Shown piece after piece: positions 25,501 to 38,919 of a DNA stretch of 64,000 nt (positions within the stretch are counted from its first letter, which is position 1; every line of letters starts with the position of its first letter). A model generated the notes under the pieces. It did no database searches and had not been told where the DNA came from. It saw only the letters and a program-made list of their open reading frames with translations. Where the stretch lies: the NCBI RefSeq assembly GCF_001949145.1, contig NW_019091355.1, positions 1,238,083 through 1,302,082 of the forward strand, in the 5' to 3' direction. Both the position numbers and the translations under genes were made by a program. This DNA comes from Acanthaster planci (lineage: Eukaryota).

Positions 25501-28500
25501 GCCATAACACCCGTGATTCAGGCAGCGCAGAGAAATAACTTTGCAACGGTCAAGGTAATCAGAAGATCTGTATTTTCTGCCTGTTTTTAGTAAATAAGAT
25601 TCTCCGAACATGAGTAATAGGAAATATGAGTTTTGGAACCCTCTTAGCCTCGAAATTGCTCTGCTTATTGCTGAATTTGTCAGCACTTATAAACCTGGCC
25701 AGTGACGTGATTTCTGAAGTGCAAATCAGGCACTCATAATAAGCGTTGGGGCATATAATCCTGACTATTTACCAAGCAAGGGCGTAAAGAGATCACTGGC
25801 CGAAATTCCATTACAAAATTCAGTGCTCACGAGTGGTTCTTGTCGAATTGTGTTCAGCCCATTGGTTTTATAGGCCACACATGTCATGAAATTGTGGTGG
25901 AGTAAAGCTCCTTAGGAACGTTACATATTGGATGATATTTTTTGATTTGAAGATGCTTCTGGACCTTGGCGCTAGCATCACCGAGCCCTCGATGTCTCAA
26001 GGCGGTGACGTGACCTTGACCCAGGCTATCTCCACCTTACACATCTACCGCGCCCTCTCACAGCCCGCCTACATCCTGGCCACCCAGACGGACATCTTTG
26101 GCCACGCCTTCCAGCTGAGCGCCAAACTCAAGACGTTGAGCCGCACGTGGGAGGACTTCGGGGCCGAGTACGAGCAGATGGCGCGCGGCGTGGAAGTCTT
26201 CGCAGGAGAGATGCTTGGAGAATCAGCTTCAACCAAAGAGGTAGAAACCAGAGCAGAATTTGGTATCAGCCCTAGCACTACACAGTCAATATTCGTAGTG
26301 TTTATTTGAAACATTTCTTACGAAATAACCATGCCCAAACAAACCAAACTAGAACTGTAGGTCTACATGTAACTGTATTTTTCATGGTCATCTTCCATCC
26401 ATTCAAACATTTAGGCCATCAATATGTTGTTGTGTCTTTGGTGAGCCAGATTTTAGCCCTGTTCCGGTATCACGACACGGACAAGTACCGTGACGAAGAG
26501 GGTAAGCAACACCCCCTTGCCAAATTGTTTGAGGCCATCGACTACAAGCAGAAAGAGGTAGGTGGAACAAGATCTCAACGGGCATGTCCTCATTTCCAGT
26601 TCTTATTTAAAAATGCTTTCTCACTGGGTTGAAAGAACCCAGGACGCACGATTTTAAAATCAACGAGCTGTAAATGGATGGATTATTGAAGATGTTTTCA
26701 AATTCCTTCGCAAGGTTTGAAGTTGCAAGCAAACTAAGTGACTAAATTTGCTTACTTTCGTGTTGCTGATGAACAGTTGTCGACTCACTAATCCTCCGGC
26801 TCTTTTTTAACCATCCTATAGTTCATAGCCCACCCCCATTCCCAGAAGGCCATCATCGTGCAGTTCTACAGGAATCTTCTTGATTGGAACGAGCGAGGAA
26901 TCTTCTATCAGATCCTTCTGACGCTGTTTGTCCTCTTCGGCTATCCCATCATATGCTTCCTCTACATCTTTGTGCCCGTGCGCAGTGTGACTTCCTTTGT
27001 AAGACTTCCGTAAGTGCGTCTTTTTTGGCTTCACCTTCAGGCCTTCTATTCTGTTTCAATTGCATTGTTTGCAATTACATTATTTTGAAGTATATGGCAT
27101 TGGTATCTCAAACTGTCCAATCATTGTCTGAACCAAAGTGCACTTAATCTTGCGCGTCATTCAGTAGCACTAAGCAATAATGCTAACCACATGAATGATA
27201 AAAAAGCAATGACAGAAAAATCCAGTGGTTAACCCCTCTTACTGTATTCAACCCCCTGTCATGAATTTCATCGTCACTCGGCAGATACATCATGATGTTG
27301 ATGAAGGCCGGATCCGGCTTTACGTTCCTCGCCTTCATCGTTACAGTAAACGCCACTAATCAGCACGAGTACCCACGGACTGTTGAGGCACTGTACCTGC
27401 TCATTTTGATTTGGGTCCTCGGTAAGTCACTGGCCGAGTTCTCGGTGTCCGAAAATACTGATCGCCATGACTTCCGAGACTCAAGTCTAAGTTTCACCAC
27501 ACTTAAATTAAATGAGTGGATATGTCACTACAATAAACATGGCCAAGCACACACACAGTGGAAACGTTCCCTGATGTGTCATAAATCCCTGTTGTTTTCT
27601 TCAACTGACGACCTTGTCACCAACTCCGTAGGTTTGGCATGGTCACATCTTAGTGTCATCCGGAAACATGGACCGCAGAAATATCTGTCTGACGGTATCA
27701 ATCTCTATGAAGTTGTCATCGTAGGACTTTGCATTGCGGTGTTCTGCCTGCAGTTGGCTGGCCGTAACCAAGTAAGATTTCTGAAATTTATTCAAAACAG
27801 GAAATCAGCTTAGTGAAAATAGAAAAATATTTTGTTCACTCACTGAAAATCCTTTAACCAGCCGCCAACCTCGTGGCTGGTCCTGTGCGCCTGCCTCCTT
27901 TATGGGAACCGTGAATCGACACTCATTTTAAGGTCTACTGTAAACCATCAATGCATTGAACTCAGCGGACAATAACATCATACTAAATGTATGCCGACCG
28001 ATATGGTTCAGTTGACACCCTTATTGGTTTGCAGTTCAGCTGAAGTATCAAGTCGCTTTTCGATGAGTTCAGTACAATACCATTAGCATTGCTTTGTTGG
28101 TTTGCCAATAACTATCCGTAGAATACACATCAATACAACTTTTTCACAAGACCGTAACCAAACTACAAAGAACGTTCTGTGCTTGTCATGTGTCGATCCA
28201 CGGTGCTGCTTGCTATAGGCATGCGGTTTATGTTCTCTCAGGCAGGGATAATATAATTTTTGGCAAGGTTATGGCAGCCACAACAACTCCGAAAATGGAA
28301 ATTTCTTTGTTGGCAGAAACCCAAACGCAACGAGAATCAGCCATTTTATTTTTCCAGGGAGTCAAATTTATAGTCTCCCATTTACTGGAATAAAAGACAT
28401 TTATGAGAAGGTAAAGTCTCCAAGAAATTACCTCAACTTATTTCCTCATTAAAGGTTTCAATATGTGCCCGATCGATGACATCTACTATTCTTGTAACAT

Positions 28501-31500
28501 GGTTGGACACTTTAAGGTTGTAAAGCGATCGGTATGGAAAAAAAATTCCATTTTCTTTGCTTTACTTAGGTCCTCTTGTTTCTAACACCTAATTGACTCG
28601 TGTTTGAAACAAATGTTCTGCCAAATGTTTGTTTGTTTTCAGACCTCTGAGGGTGTCTTTGAGCCTGATTGGACAAACAAGTCAAATCTCGGAAACGAGA
28701 CCTATGCCGACCTGCTGAATCAGGTGGCAGAAGTGACTGATGTTCTGAGGGGAAGGCTCAATGACACTTCCATTGAAGGTATCAATGGAGCTATCGAGGA
28801 GGTGCTCTCTGGGTGCCGGCCCCTGATCTCCATCGCACCACCATCACTGCCGCCCCCACTGCGAGCGACCATCGAACTCGATCAGTTCGAGCCGGCGGTG
28901 GTGGCCCGCGCCTTGTTCGGCGTGGCTATCACCGTGTCCGTCCTGCGCCTGCTAAACCTTCTCCTGGTCAGCGACACTGTCGGTCCGCTTCGCATCTCCC
29001 TTGGAGGGATGGTGGACGACATCATCAAGTTCTGTGGCATCTTCCTGATCATTTGGTTTGCCTTTGCCATCGGCCTGTTTCAGAACTTCTACTCGGCTGG
29101 TCAGACGGCCACGCGGGCCTGCATTGAGCAAGGACGAGATTCTGATAGTTGCCACATGATTGTTGGATTTTCGACGTGAGTAGCGATTCATTATCCCTCA
29201 GCATCTTAGCTCAGAAATAAGTGAGAGGTTCATATTCCTGACCTCCTAGAAGCTCGATTTTTATTTACGGTTTTGCATACCGGAATGAAATTTGTTGTCT
29301 TTTCAAGCTGAGATACCTCTATTTCTTATTAAAAGATCGTTCCTGTATCTAGTTTTTGAGAGATAATTCCTAAGTGGAGTTGTACTTGGTGCAGACTGAC
29401 GCTCCTCAGGATTTTGGTCTCTTTGAGGTAGCCTCATCTCATGTTTAAAACAGTGTCTCAAGTGTCCCCCTCAAGTTTTGATCTCTGAATGACATCTCTT
29501 GATGTAGGTTCGTGGGTAGCGTTCAAGATCTCTACTGGTCTCTGTATGGCTTGACTGAGATAGATGTGCTTGAACTGCCTGGTAAGAATTCCGTCGCAGA
29601 GGGCGTGGGTACGTTTCTCTACGTCTGTTATCTGATCGTTGCTGTGCTCGTGCTGTTGAACGCCCTCATCGGCATGCTATCCAATACCTACAACCTCACC
29701 GAGGTAAGAACCGACACGAAATATCAAACCACACAGTCAAAAACAATGGCGTGCGTCAGTATCTTGGGAACATAGACTCTTCCAAACAAAATGGACAAAA
29801 ATCTTCACAAACAATTTCAGAATACGGATCGATATACCGGCAACAACTAAGCCTCCCTATTCTTCTTCTCAAATGTATCCTAATTTACTGTTTTGCAGGA
29901 AAATGCCGATACGGAGTGGAAGTTCCACCGTGCCGCTGTCTGGGCCTCTTACCTGCGTCCCGTAGCGACCCTACCGCCACCCTTCAACCTTATCCCATCA
30001 CTCAAGACTGTGTACCGACTCTTCAGATGTGCGTGTCAAATATGTTCAGGATGTACCCGACGCCGCGGTGATCAGGCAAGTTTTATCATTTTTGTACATT
30101 TGCCCAAGAAATATGGCGCTGAGTAAATCTACCCTCCCAAGAGGAAAGGAAATGCAAGACACTGACGTCATTATAAGATACTGCATCTGAGTTGTACACA
30201 CTGAGTTGCAATTTATTGGCACACTCTTCCCACAATGCTGGGGATTTCCTTGCTGATAATGGGACCATGAAATTTTTTGTAGAGGAAAAAAACAAACACT
30301 TGTTGCAGGGTGGAATACGGCCTATACGGGCTATTAATTGCGTCATATTTCTTGGAAAAGGCAAACATCGTATTTACTGTGTTTAGGCATGTTTATTCCC
30401 AATATTAGCATTTCTTTTTTGTATTATTTTATTTCAGAAAGAGATTCATGCAAAAAGTGAACTCCAGGATTACAAGGTATTGTTTCTGTGCATGGGAAGA
30501 AAAATCAGTATTTCTAATAAAAGTTTCCCCAAACGAAAAATTCAAGAAAGAGAAAGAGAAACATTTTGTCAACATTTACAAAATTATCTCAAGAATGTTC
30601 AATGAAGTTCATTCATGAATCCCGTAGACTAATTGACTTTATAGTTTGCCTAATTATTGGCAATTTGTTTGAAAATTCAAATACGAAGTGCCATAAAAAT
30701 CATAAATCCTTCGAGAAATAATCCTATGTGTGACAAGTGTTGATACAGATATTGATGGGAAATCCACAAGTATTTTGGATTGTTTTTATCTCACCGACGT
30801 CATAATCATAATCCAACGATTTTCTTGCCGTCCCTTCAAAGAGACGACCTGCTCTATAGAGGTTGTGTTTGTTATTGACTTGGAAGTGAACTTATTAGAC
30901 CCAGAGTTTTCATCCGTGATGAGGCTTTTACTGTCAACCTCTCAGTTTACGGCAGCTTTATAATCAAGCCCATCACAAGTCTATCACATGCATTCAATCT
31001 TATGGGTAAAGTCGCAAACTTTTCAACTAAACAGTGACAACAACATTCCCATATAACTGTCACATTTTCATCCCATTCAGTGGCATGCTCATATCGGGGG
31101 TGGCCTGGGTGGGTTAGGGACAGAGTTGATTTTTTTCCCCAAAACAACTGCCCACTTTTTGTTTATAAAAGAATTCTCTACAAAAGGTGGGTGAAACATT
31201 TCTAGAATACAGACACTGTCAAATCCTAAAACTAAAGAAAATTAACGATGAAGAAAAAAGAAAACTAAAAGTCAACATATCTATGGGCGATGAAACTCCC
31301 CCACCCTACACTGGATACATCACTGAGAAGCTGCTGATCAACATGTCTTTTGTGGAGAGGAAATATTTTCCTCTGTTGGATACCCGTTACCCATTACTGA
31401 TTGACCGGTAAAGGACCTTTGACTTGATTTATAAAGAGACTTGTGGTGGATTCCACTAAGACACAGTTTATGACTTTTTTTTACTTGCACCCCACTTCCT

Positions 31501-33436
31501 GGTGGCAGCGAGTGTTGAAGCTCGTCAGCAGCAGGTACATCCAAGCTAACCTGTCGACAGAATCACAGAACTCAGAGGGAGTGCGGCCGCGGGACCTGCA
31601 GACACTACGGAACGACATCCTGTCATTCAAGTAGGTCGAGTCAAATGTGCCCATGTTACAGCAGCAGTCGTAGATCTACACAGCAAACCGATCATTGATT
31701 TTTGGGGGAGCCATACTAAAGGACTATTAGCATTCACGGTTACAGATGGCAAACCCCCAGGGGACGTGTGGAAAATCAGAAGTTGATGATTGAGGACTGT
31801 TAGGGTTAATGCTAACTGGTTTTTCCAATTATCGCCGCGTCATTGGAACCAGAAAATGGAACCGGATTCTTTTCACCCTTCTCTCCTCGGTTTGGCTCAA
31901 GGCATTGGTTCCTTTTTGTTTATCAGGTACGCTGTTCAGGACCGACTTGCATCCGTCAACCAGACAATCAAGGCTTCGGCTGACAAGTCCTCAAACATCG
32001 ACAGGAAGCTTTACGATTTGGATCCAGTGAAGGAGCGGACACAGAACCTTGTCAGCCGATCCTCTCTGCTGACTGACACTGTGGATACCCTGCATCTTGA
32101 AACTGATAGAGTGCACAAGGAGCAAGAGACCCACCTCTTGCAGAGGGAACAACATTTGTCGGAGATGGAAGAAACCGTAGATGCACTCCAGACAGAGATG
32201 GAGGAGCTGAAGATGGCGAGGGACGAATCAGTGAAGGAGCTGCAGGATATCATCAAAGGGCTACAGCAAGATAAAATTGGGCTCACTACCACACTTCAAG
32301 GACTCGGCAAAGACAAGGCAGAGATCCTGCAAGAGATTAGTGAACTCAAAGCAGAGCAATCGGTGAGGGATAAAGCGAGAGACCAGCAAGAGGTGCGGTT
32401 GCTGGACATCATCCAAGAACTCAGACAAGAGGGGGTGGTCCTCACAGACACTCTTAAGGCACTCAGTGAAGACAAGGTAGTGCTTACTCAGCAGGCTGAT
32501 GATCTCAAGAAAGACAACTCAGCAAAAGAAATGATGAGAGTCAAGCTAGAGAGTGAGCTGCAGGATATGGTCCGAGGACTCCAACAAGACAAGACTATCC
32601 TTACAGACGAACTTCGAGGGGTTTGTGAAGATAAGACAGCGCTCATGCGACAAGTCAATCAACTCGAGAGTGACTACTTAGCAAAGGAGGAGATCAGAAA
32701 CCAGAGGGAGGCGGAGCTGGAAGGCATCATCCGAGGACTCCAACAAGCCAAGACCATCCTCACGGGCACACTTCAGGGCCTCAATGAAAACAAGACTGAG
32801 CTCTCACAGCAGGTCGATGAATTGAAGAAAGATCATTCGGCGAAGGAGATGACAAGAGACCACAAGGAGGCAGAATTGCAGGGCATCATCGGTGGACTTC
32901 AACACGACAACGCTGCCCTCACAGAGACACTTCGTGGACTGCGCGACGATAAAGCTGATCTCATAAGACAGATTGGCGAACTAAGCGAGGAGCTCCAAAA
33001 ATCTAGACGCACGCCACCACCAAGGCCTAAACCACGACCCAAACAAAAAGCTACACCCGAACGCGACTCATTGTCTGATTGGGATAATGTCCCAGAAGCT
33101 AAACCGGAGCAATATCCAGGAAAGCTCGACAAAAGACAGGAGGTGAAACCCGGGTCCAAATCTAATTATAGAGGAGACTCACAGTCTGGTTGGGAAGATG
33201 GGCGAGTAAACGATCCCCCAAACTCTCCTCTTAGCCGACCTCGGTTCCAAAAGTCACCTGTTTCTGAGAGTAGCCAGAAGGCGGAAGAGAAGCCAGGGCC
33301 AAGACCTGATTCTGAGCAAGAGAGGGCACTGCACGCAGAAGCAGGAGAACACCCATCTGAACAGCGAGAGACAACAGAGGGAAATGTAGGATTCCTACAG
33401 AAAGTTGTTCGTGCCGTAGAACAATTTATGGAATAA
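22582..33436 (+). CDS. TRPC-like transient receptor potential channel, paralog C (complete, ~1328 aa, repeat-expanded coiled-coil tail)
   Basis: Exons: 22582-22903, 24340-24458, 25447-25554, 25953-26240, 26450-26557, 26822-27009, 27285-27421, 27632-27771, 28643-29175, 29508-29703, 29899-30075 (GC donor), 30438-30476, 31509-31630, 31927-33436. Total 3987 nt in frame, with the same TRPC motifs (LGDALIRAID, GPLRISLGGM, LYWSLYG, EWKFHR, LPPPFNLIPS). Confidence 0.93.
32237..33000 (+). repeat. Five tandem 159-nt (53-aa) coding repeats in the paralog C coiled coil
   Basis: Units start at 32237, 32396, 32555, 32714 and 32873 (ELQDIIKGLQQDK / RLLDIIQELRQEG / ELQDMVRGLQQDK / ELEGIIRGLQQAK / ELQGIIGGLQHDN). 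Confidence 0.92.
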
Positions 33437-33459
33437 ATTCGTTTGAGATGACATTCTTC

Positions 33460-33465
33460 AATAAA
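33460..33465 (+). other. Candidate polyadenylation signal of paralog C
   Basis: AATAAA about 24 nt after the stop. Another AATAAA overlaps the stop codon (gAATAAAttc). Confidence 0.35.
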
Positions 33466-34149
33466 TCGGGAATGTGATTCAATAACTTAAAAAAGGAAAA
33501 GGATTGGAAATAAAACGAAATTATTTCAGGGGTAAAAATGAAAACATTAAATTTTAACTCTAGTTAACAAGATTTGAATGTACTAGTATGCCAACCTTTT
33601 AGTATAATATTTTGGTACATCCGAAATTACCTCAGAATCTTGTTCTGTAGCCTTTTCATAACTTTAGGTTAAACGTGTGCATATAACTTACTGAATATGT
33701 TTTATTGGATTGCGGTTAACTTTCTAGCTCCGGCCTGAAATGTTTCTGAATCCACCAAGGCTGTCTTTGTTCACTTCTTGTGTGACTCCTTTGACTTCAC
33801 CAAAATGACATCCAAGACAATTTCCTCCCTACATTTGTGAATTCAAATATTTATGAATATCTCTCTAGTTTGTTACGTTCTTTCCATTCTGTTTGTTAAA
33901 TGTTGCATTTGTTTTCTTTTATTCCTGATTGTACTAAAATATTGTATTCAAAGTGTCTACATATGTTGTAACTTGCTTAAATTTCAAAGTAAATTTTTGA
34001 AAATGTGACAGTAAACCTCTGCCTTTAGGCAACATAAAAACTGTAGTGTTAATCTTTTTAAAATATCAAGCATAAGTAACTCTTAATTTCTCGCCAAAAT
34101 TTATTAAAGTATTCGGTATACTTTTACTTTGAGCAAGCAGCAATCTCAG

Positions 34150-37100
34150 GATACTATTCTTAATACCTAATCCTTATTAAAATTCGTTCAAAATAGATAA
34201 AACGTCGAAAATTAACCCCTTGTAGTATGTTTTGCCAAAATTTAATAAAACTTCAAAAAAGCTCCTTGCAATATTGTTGTTCACAATGGAATAAAATCCC
34301 CCAAACACCCTTGAAATTCATTTCAGCCAAAATTTTTAAAACTGTAAGACTCGCGTCTTATAAATGTTTGTTTTCTTTGAAATTCTTTAATTTAACCTTA
34401 GAGTTTAGTTAAGCCCTTGCAATTTATTTTGTCAAAATTAGTTAAAACTGCAAGACTAACCCTTGTAATTCCCTTTTCTTTGAAATTCTTTAGAATTCTA
34501 AGGTCAACCCCTTGCATTTTTAAATTGATAAAACTTAATTTCTTGCTTTCTTGATTTCTTTGAAATGAATTTCCATTAAAGCAGCAAGGCTAACACCTTG
34601 CAACTTTCATTTTTTTCAATTTCAACTTTTAAAGTGAAGCCCTTCAAATTAATTCAGTCAAAAATATTTAAAACTGAAAGACTAACCCCTTTAACTTTGG
34701 ATGTCTTTGAAATTCTTTAAATTTCTACGGTTAACCCTTTGCAACTGATCAGTCAAAATTAAAACATCAAGACAACTCCCTTGCATCTTTAAATTCCTTG
34801 ACATTTCTTTCAAATTCTAAGGTTGACCCCTGGCAATTTCTTTTGATCATATTCAATTAAAACAACAAGACTAACCCCTTACAACTTAAAAAAATTTTTT
34901 TTNTTTTGGATTTCTTTGAAATTCTTAAAATTTCTACGGTTAACCCTTTGCAATTGATTGGCCAAAATTAAAACAGCAAGACTAACCCCTTGCAAATTTC
35001 ATTTTTAAAAATTTCTTTCAAATTTTAAGGTTGACCCCTGGTATTTTCTTTTGATCATATTCAATTAAAACAGCAAGACTAACCCCTTACAACTTAAATT
35101 TTTTTTTTATATCTTCAGGTTAAAATTATTTAAAATGCAAGATCAACCGTTTTAACCTAAGATTCCTTTGAGTTTCCTTAATATTCTTAAGTTGATCCTT
35201 TGCACTTATTCTGGGCAAATTTAATTAAAACAGCAAGACTATCCCCTTACAACTTTGAAAAATTTTTCTTCAAATCATCAGATTAAAATTATTTAAATTG
35301 CAAGATCAACCTTTTTAACATAAGATTTCCTTGAAATTCTTTAAAATTCCTCAGTTGATCCCCCGCAAATTAATTTGAGCAAAATTAATTAAAACAGCAA
35401 GACAACCCCCTTGCATCTTTGATTTCTTTGAAATTCTTTCAAATTCTAAGGTTTATCCCTTGAAATTATTTTTAGTCAGAATTTCTTAAAACTGCAAGAC
35501 CAACTCTTTTAACTTTGGATTTCTTTGAAATTCTTTAAATTTCTACGGTTAACCCTTTGTAATTGATTGGCCAAAATTAAAACAGCAAGACTAACCCCTT
35601 GCAAATTTTATTTATTTTAATTTCTTTTAAATTTTAAGGTTAATCCCTGGGAATTTCATTTGGTCAATTTCAATTAAAATAGCAACAACTTTTTAAATTT
35701 TTTATTTCATATCTTCAGGTAAAAATTATTTAAAATGCAAAATTAACCGTTTTAACCTAAGATTTATTACAAATTCTGAAGTTGATCCCTTGCAATTTAT
35801 TCTGGGCAAATTTAATTAAAACAGCGTGACAACGCCTTGCATCTATGATTTCTTTGAAATTCTAAGATTTACCCCTTTAAATTAATTTTAGTCAAAATTA
35901 ATTAAATCTGCAAGACCAACCCTTTTAATTTTGGATTTTTTTGAAATTCTTTTAAAANCAAGACAAGTTTTTTTTTTTATCTTCAGGTTAAAATTATTAA
36001 AAATGCAAGATCAACCGTTTCAACCTAAGATTCCTTTGAATTTCCTAAATATTCTTAAGTTGATCCTTTGCACTTTATTCGGGGCAAATTTAATTGAAAC
36101 AGCAAGACTAACCCCTTACAACTTTGAAAAAATTTTTTTTTCAAATCATCAGGTTAAAATTATTAAAAATGCAAGATCAACCTTTTTAACATAAGATTTC
36201 CTTGAAATTCTTTAAATTCCTCAGTTAAATCCCTCGCAATTTAATTTGAACAAAATTAATTAAAACAGCAAGACAACCCCCTTGCATCTTTGATTTCTTT
36301 GAAATTCTTTCAAATTGTAAGGTTTATCCCTTGAAATTATTTTTAGTCAGAATTTCTTAAAACTGCAAGACCAACTCTTTTAACTTTGGATTTCTTTGAA
36401 ATTCTTTAAATTTCTACAGTAAACCCTTTGTAACTGATTGGCCAAAATTAAAACAGCAAGACTAACCCCTTGCAAATTTTATTTATTTTAATTTCTTTCA
36501 AATTTTAAGGTTGTCCCCTGGCAATTTCATTTGGTCAAATTCAATTTAAATAGCAAGACCAACCCCTTACAACTTTTAAAATTTTTTTTTATATCTTCAG
36601 GTAAAAATTTTTTAAAATGCGAGATTAACCGTTTTAACCTAAGATTTCTTAAAAATTCTTAAGTTGATCCCTTGCAATTTATTCTGGGCAAATTTAATTA
36701 AAACAGCGTGACAACGCCTTGCATCTATGATTTCTTTGAAATTCTAAGATTTACCCCTTTAAATTAATTTTAGTCAAAATTAATTAAATCTGCAAGACCA
36801 ACCCTTTTAATTTTGGATTTCTTTGAAAGTCTACGGTTAACCCCTTGCAATTGATTTTGGGCAAATTTAATTAAAACAACAAGACTAACCCCTTTCCATC
36901 TTCGATTTCTTTGAAATTCTTTAAAATTCTAAGGTTATCCCCTTGCAATTTATTTTGGTGAAATTTAACAAGACTAAGCCACTGCAACTTTTAATTTTTT
37001 GAATTTCTTTAACTCTCCGAGGTTTACCCTGCAAATTGTTTTGGTCAAAATTAGTTAAAATTGCAAGACAGATCCATAACAAATTTGACTTATTCAAAAT

Positions 37101-37355
37101 AATGTTTAAAATTCTTAGGTTGCCATTGGAGGGGGGACAAAATTATTAAAAACTGCAGGACTAACCCCTTGCAATTTTCATTTCTTTGAAAGTCTTTATA
37201 ATTCTACTGACTGGCCCCATTAATTAATTTTGGTTAAAATCAATTAAATCAACAGCAGGACTAGCCCTTGTAAATTTGTCTTTGAAATTCTTTTGAATTC
37301 CTAGGCGACCCTTTGCAAACATTTGGTAAAAATTTAGCAAAATTTCAAGACCAAA
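34150..37355. repeat. AT-rich degenerate satellite, ~48-bp monomers (AAG[AC/GT]TAACCCCTTGCAA core) with a ~870-bp higher-order duplication
   Basis: The core recurs at about 34978, 35027, 35075, 35399, 35448 and 35496. Block ~35100-35960 is repeated at ~35970-36830 (for example ACAGCGTGACAACGCCTTGC at 35821 and 36703). Confidence 0.92.
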
Positions 37356-38919
37356 AACTGGTCCACACTTGACATGAATCTGCCTCTTTATGACTTTCGG
37401 TTTTTATTTCTACGCAGCAGTTAAACATGACAAACATGTACAAGACATTGCACAATATTACCTTCATAATTAAAAGTAGTTCCCACTATTTTTGCTTATC
37501 ACATGATTTTTAAACTTGGATGAATTAAATTAAAATTTGTGCTTCTAGTTGAACTGGACAATGAAATTTGGAGATTCAGCTGATAGAAAACACTGAAAAC
37601 CGTGGTCACATAACTGAGAACCCAAATCCATATCCAGCTTCAAAACAACAAAACAATTCAATCTGATCAATGACATGATATTCACATTTCAAAGAGACTC
37701 CAAAATTCCTCTGGAAACCAGGATCCGTCTCCACAAAGCGAACACCTGAAAGTCTTTACAGCATGACAAAAATGGATTAAAATCCCCCTCCAATAAAAAT
37801 CCCCAAACAAAAGTTGTTCAGTGCAAATAATGAAGTGGCCAACCCGTTCAGGGTCCAGTGTGTTAACATAACCTCGAAACGCCCTCCTTATTTCTCCAAC
37901 ATACATACATGTAGATATTTAACAGGACCAACAATAAGGTGACTGTTACTTCTAACCACAGACCCATTCTTTAACCCTAACCCTCCTCAATCCTTCACCT
38001 GTTGGAGGACTGAGGAGTGTTAGGGTTAAGCTTTCCCTGCTCTACACAAGGGAAGTCCATGCGACTTACCATTTCAACTCTTCTTATCCAGAGTAATATA
38101 AATGTAACTACGATGTAAGTTAACTTGTAAGTACTGTAGAGACCACCTACAAACTCCACTCCACTAACATAGAGGATTCAATTTCTGAATTGGGTGAAAG
38201 GACACCCTTTTCAATGTTTCCCTCACTTCTTAATCATACAGGTAAGAGGCTTTGTCTGCCAGTACACTTAAAGAGTTGCTACATGTTTTCTTCCAACTGA
38301 GCGACAGATACATTTATACGTATAAGTAAGCAGAGCCAGGACGTACATGTAATAATATAGGCAAGTACGCTTTCAAATCAACGATTTCACTTCATTACTT
38401 TCAGTGACCACACCACTTTGACAACTTGGCCTTTATGCACATATTCCTTGTATGGTTGTTAATGCATGGCAAGACCATTTCCATACTACGACACCCGCAA
38501 ATACCGCAGGAAACACAACTTGGATCAAGAAAGCTGAAACCACTAACAGGCATGGTTCCCTACTTCCATTAACGTTACATTTTCTTCCTCCCTACCCAAA
38601 AAATATCCCTTCCAGCGATTCTTTTACACACATGTATTTTGGAAGAATATTCTCCTTTTTCCAAAAAGATGCTCCATATTATCAAAACTATTCACAAATC
38701 AATACCTTCAAAAGGAAAATTCCTAAACTGTTGAAATCATTCTGTTTTCAACAACAAAATAAATTGGTGGACTTTTCATTTGTATCAAAGTTTCGACGTT
38801 AAACACATGGTTCATTCTCAAATCAAGGTGGAACCGTGTAAGCTGCATTGTTGAAGACCTCAGTCATTTATGAAAAAACAAAAAACAAAAACACACACAC
38901 ACTTACCTTACATACCTAC

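Noticed and set aside
31790..31926. 5' extension of the 548-aa ORF as a standalone coiled-coil gene
   Set aside because: It is intronic. The acceptor at 31926 and homology (R/K-[YF]..[QK]DRL) show the ORF is the last exon of paralog C.
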